This document shows, in pieces, positions 60,714 to 64,000 of a DNA stretch of 64,000 nucleotides (position 1 is its first letter; each line of letters opens with the position of its first letter). Origin of the DNA: an uncultured SAR86 cluster bacterium (GTDB taxonomy: Bacteria > Pseudomonadota > Gammaproteobacteria > Magnimaribacterales > D2472). The DNA lies in the NCBI GenBank assembly GCA_902512655.1, contig CABXJR010000003.1:3355-67354 (forward strand), read 5' to 3'. The translations under genes and the position numbers were made by a program. Under the pieces are notes generated by a model. The model worked only from the letters and a program-made list of their open reading frames with translations, did not search any database and was not told the DNA's origin.

Positions 60714-61772
60714 TCATTTAGTTTGATTTTTCTCTAAATTTTGAAGATATTTTGTTGAGGCTATTTGATTCAACCTGCTTTCGGTCCTGACCCATAAATG
60801 ATTCAACAGATCCCCGGCATACAAATTACTAATTAAATTTGGGTTATAGAATAATTTTAATTTTTGCCTTTCTTGATAAGCGATATCAATAAAACTAATA
60901 AATCTTCTTAATTTATCAATATATTCATCATTGCAAGCATGAAAATTATTAATGAAAACCCACTCAAAGCTTTCTATAATTTCAATAAAATCCTTGCTTG
61001 CACAGGGCGAAGAAAAAAAGTCATCGAATGAAACCCAAAGAAATTTTTCAGAGCAACCTAAACATCTAAATTTTCTATTATTTACTGAAAATTCAGTTGA
61101 GTTTGTAATATTTTCGTTAAATGCAATTTGCAAAAAATTCTTAATGTATTCATCGCTATTTCTATCTTCAGAAGAACTATCAAACCTAGAAATTTCCTTA
61201 AGTCTATAGTCTTCATTACCCAAGAGATTATGAACTAAAAAGTGTTCATTGATAAAATCAATTGTTTTTAAGAATTTATCTCTCTGTAGCCCATCTTTAT
61301 AAAGGCTATCTGGGTGGGAGTTAGATGAGACAAATAGCCTTAAACCCTTTTTAGATAATGCCTCAATTAAAGTTCCTATAATCATTGCATCAGCTATATC
61401 CTCAATCTGAAACTCATCTATAAAAATAATTTTATAGATATTTGATAAATCCTTAACTACCCTCATTAAGGGATCACTGTTTCCTGAAAAATCATATAAC
61501 TTTTTATGCACAAGCTGCATAAATTCAATGAAGTGAAATTGTCCTGCATCAGAAAAATATGAATCCTGTAGAGCTTGGAGCAGCATTGTTTTCCCCCTTC
61601 CAACTGGACCCCATAGATATAAATTGCCAATAGAGTTGTTACTAAAAAAAAATGATGGAGGTTTATAGATTGAATCTAGCTTAATAAATTCTTTCAGAAA
61701 TAAAGTTTGCGCATTATCAATAGCTATGCCTTGAGTAGATAAATTCTCTATTACAACTTTTATATCCCTCAT
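60714..61772 (-). CDS. zapE: Cell division ATPase ZapE (YhcM/AFG1 family)
   Basis: 352 aa. Walker A LWGPVGRGKTML and Walker B IIFIDEFQI. Adjacent to rplM, as in E. coli. Confidence 0.85.
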   Translation of the reverse strand: MRDIKVVIENLSTQGIAIDNAQTLFLKEFIKLDSIYKPPSFFFSNNSIGNLYLWGPVGRGKTMLLQALQDSYFSDAGQFHFIEFMQLVHKKLYDFSGNSDPLMRVVKDLSNIYKIIFIDEFQIEDIADAMIIGTLIEALSKKGLRLFVSSNSHPDSLYKDGLQRDKFLKTIDFINEHFLVHNLLGNEDYRLKEISRFDSSSEDRNSDEYIKNFLQIAFNENITNSTEFSVNNRKFRCLGCSEKFLWVSFDDFFSSPCASKDFIEIIESFEWVFINNFHACNDEYIDKLRRFISFIDIAYQERQKLKLFYNPNLISNLYAGDLLNHLWVRTESRLNQIASTKYLQNLEKNQTK

Positions 61773-61792
61773 ATTATTGATTTAATGATCAT

Positions 61793-62794
61793 ATGAAATT
61801 TTTTAATAACAAACTTTCAAGAATAAATTTTTTAATCTTGATTGGTATTCTTGCATATCTTTATACAAATATGTCGAATGTTGATGGTTATGTAGAGGCA
61901 ATTTCAAAAGCATCCCCATCAGTCATCAACATCAGTTCTAAAAAAAATATTAAATCAAGATCGTTGAATGGAGAATCTTTAAATGAGCTTATTGGCTCAG
62001 GAATCATTATTTCTAACGACGGTTATATTGTTACTAACCTGCATGTTATCGAGGGAGCCAAGATTATTAAAGTAGAGTTAGGTGATGGTCAGGTTTATCC
62101 AGCTTCCTTAATCGGTTTTGATGAACGATCTGATCTTGCGGTAATTAAAATTCAGCCAATGGATGCTTTGCGGCCTATTAAGCCATCAAATAGCTCATCA
62201 GTTCAAATAGGTGATCAAGTCATTGCGATTGGAAATGCATTTGGCTTAGGGAAAACTTTTACAAGCGGAATTATCAGTGCTACTGGAAGAGATTATGGGA
62301 ACCCATATCTTGAACTTATTCAAACAGATGCTGCTCTCAATCCAGGAAATTCTGGTGGAGCTTTAATCAATCATAAGGGTAATCTTATTGGAATGAATAC
62401 AAAGATTTATTCTAAAACTGGATCTTATGCAGGGATAGGATTTGCTCTTCCTGCCAATAAATTAATAGATATTGCATCAGAAATTATTCAATATGGATCA
62501 GTAAAAAGATCTTGGATTGGGGATTTCAGAGTCAAACTTAAAAGATTTGCCTTTGACAACAAAATAATGATTGGACTAGAAATTCTTGAGCTGAGAGAAC
62601 ATGGGCCTATTTTTGATCAAGGCAAAATAAAGCCTGGATCAATAATTATTTCTATAAATAATCAAGTTGCTTCTTGGGATAATTTAATCAGCGCTCTAAA
62701 TAATTCTTTTCCAGGAGACAAAATAAATTTCAAAATATTACAGGGCTCTAATGAAGAAGATTTTGAAATTATCACAGAAGCCTATCCAGGCTAA
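61793..62794 (+). CDS. degS: DegS-like periplasmic serine endoprotease (S1C plus one PDZ)
   Basis: 333 aa. N-terminal anchor and catalytic triad contexts TNLHV, DLAVIK and GNSGGALIN. One C-terminal PDZ-like domain. Confidence 0.8.
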   Translation: MKFFNNKLSRINFLILIGILAYLYTNMSNVDGYVEAISKASPSVINISSKKNIKSRSLNGESLNELIGSGIIISNDGYIVTNLHVIEGAKIIKVELGDGQVYPASLIGFDERSDLAVIKIQPMDALRPIKPSNSSSVQIGDQVIAIGNAFGLGKTFTSGIISATGRDYGNPYLELIQTDAALNPGNSGGALINHKGNLIGMNTKIYSKTGSYAGIGFALPANKLIDIASEIIQYGSVKRSWIGDFRVKLKRFAFDNKIMIGLEILELREHGPIFDQGKIKPGSIIISINNQVASWDNLISALNNSFPGDKINFKILQGSNEEDFEIITEAYPG

Positions 62795-64000
62795 TTTGGC
62801 AATCTAGTTATATTAGCTCCCAAATATGATAGCTTCTCTTCAATTCTTTCATAACCTCTGTCTATATGATAAATACGATCAACAATAGTTTCTCCTTGAG
62901 CACATAATCCTGCCAGAATTAAGCTTGCAGATGCACGCAAGTCAGTTGCCATGACTGGCGCACCAGTAAGCGAAGAAACACCTTTTATAAATGCATTACT
63001 TCCCTTAACAGTGATATCACATCCCATCCTATTTAACTCCTGTACATGCATAAACCTGTTTTCAAATACATTTTCTGTCACAACCGCAGACCCATTTGAT
63101 AGCGAATTTAAAACAGTGAATTGTGCTTGCATATCAGTTGGAAAGCCTGGAAATGGAGCTGTTGAAATATCTACCGGATTGATTGAATCTTTATTCATAC
63201 TTAGGTGAATATAGCTGTCTCCAACATTGATAGTTGCTCCACTAATCTTTAACTTATCAAGAATATTGCTCATACGAATCGGCTCGATATCCGATATCGT
63301 TATATCACCCTCTGTTATTGCTGCTGCAATTAAATAAGTACCAGCTTCTATTCTATCTGCAGGAATTTTAAAAATAGACCCATTAAGGTCGGTAACCCCA
63401 TCGATTATAATTTCATCAGTGCCAGCGCCTGTAATTTTTGCTCCCATTGATATTAAAAAATCTGCTAAATCCCCTACTTCCGGTTCCTTAGCAACATTCC
63501 TCAATATTGTTTGGCCTTCTGCTAGAACGGCTGCCATCATGATATTTTCTGTACCAGTGACAGAGACTCCTGGAAAAGTGATTTCACAACCTTTTAATTT
63601 CTTTGAACTTGCTTCAATGTATCCATTTTTTAGCTCAATTTTTGCTCCTAACTTTTCTAATGCATATAGGTGAAAATCAACCGGTCTAGTACCAATTGCA
63701 CATCCTCCAGGCAAAGCAATTCTTGCAAACCCATGACGAGCAACAAGAGATCCAAGCACAAGAATAGAAGCTCGCATTGTTTTAACAAGCTCATAACGCG
63801 CTTCAAAGTCATGAAGATTGGATGTTGAAATAGTAAATTCCATGTTCTCATTTAGAGTAATATCAGCTCCCATTGAGCCCAAGATTTCAAACATAGTAGT
63901 TATGTCTTGGAGGTATGGTAAATTTTTAAAAGTAACAGGTTTGTCAGTCAATATCGTTGCGGCAAGCATTGGTAATGCTGCATTTTTAGCTCCTGAACAG
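62791..64000 (-). CDS. murA: UDP-N-acetylglucosamine 1-carboxyvinyltransferase, N-terminus beyond the right edge
   Basis: The reading frame stays open to position 64000 (..SGAKNAALPMLAATIL..). Active-site Cys loop LPGGCAIGTRPVD. The C-terminus is complete. Confidence 0.94.
   Translation of the reverse strand, partial: CSGAKNAALPMLAATILTDKPVTFKNLPYLQDITTMFEILGSMGADITLNENMEFTISTSNLHDFEARYELVKTMRASILVLGSLVARHGFARIALPGGCAIGTRPVDFHLYALEKLGAKIELKNGYIEASSKKLKGCEITFPGVSVTGTENIMMAAVLAEGQTILRNVAKEPEVGDLADFLISMGAKITGAGTDEIIIDGVTDLNGSIFKIPADRIEAGTYLIAAAITEGDITISDIEPIRMSNILDKLKISGATINVGDSYIHLSMNKDSINPVDISTAPFPGFPTDMQAQFTVLNSLSNGSAVVTENVFENRFMHVQELNRMGCDITVKGSNAFIKGVSSLTGAPVMATDLRASASLILAGLCAQGETIVDRIYHIDRGYERIEEKLSYLGANITRLPN

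Overview
AT-rich (about one-third G+C by eye, not computed), very gene-dense chromosomal segment of a streamlined gammaproteobacterium. I call 74 CDS (68 on the minus strand), one tRNA-Lys(UUU) and RNase P RNA. Gene order is classic E. coli/Pseudomonas-type core synteny: hisS-ispG-rodZ-rlmN-ndk, the isc operon, purC-bamC-dapA, bcp, perM/bepA, tol-pal-cpoB-tRNA-Lys, aspS-yebC, proS, recA, fdxA, nlpD-pcm-surE-ispDF-ftsB-eno-kdsA-pyrG, alr-dnaB-rplI-rpsR-rpsF, a complete dcw cluster, rnpB, rsmI/lpoA, sspA-petCBA-rpsI-rplM, zapE/degS and murA. I see no CRISPR array, transposase, integrase, prophage or defence island, and no obvious novel multi-gene system. What stands out is local rewiring of core loci. 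(1) A small Hjc-like PD-(D/E)XK nuclease sits exactly where ruvC-ruvA-ruvB normally lie. (2) An in-frame IscA-ferredoxin fusion occurs in an isc operon with no hscB/hscA. (3) ftsZ has moved from the distal end of the dcw cluster to directly behind mraZ, downstream of phased MraZ-type repeats. (4) ProRS has its INS editing domain cleanly excised. (5) ispD and ispF are fused, and truD, rpoS and mutS are absent from their syntenic slots. (6) iscR has a near-perfect IscR type-1 box and a promoter geometry that predicts a leaderless mRNA. (7) Accessory-looking genes (a DExRH diiron oxygenase and a TLC/MFS-like transporter) are wired into core operons. All functional calls rest on my reading of the translated ORFs, motifs and synteny; no database search was run.
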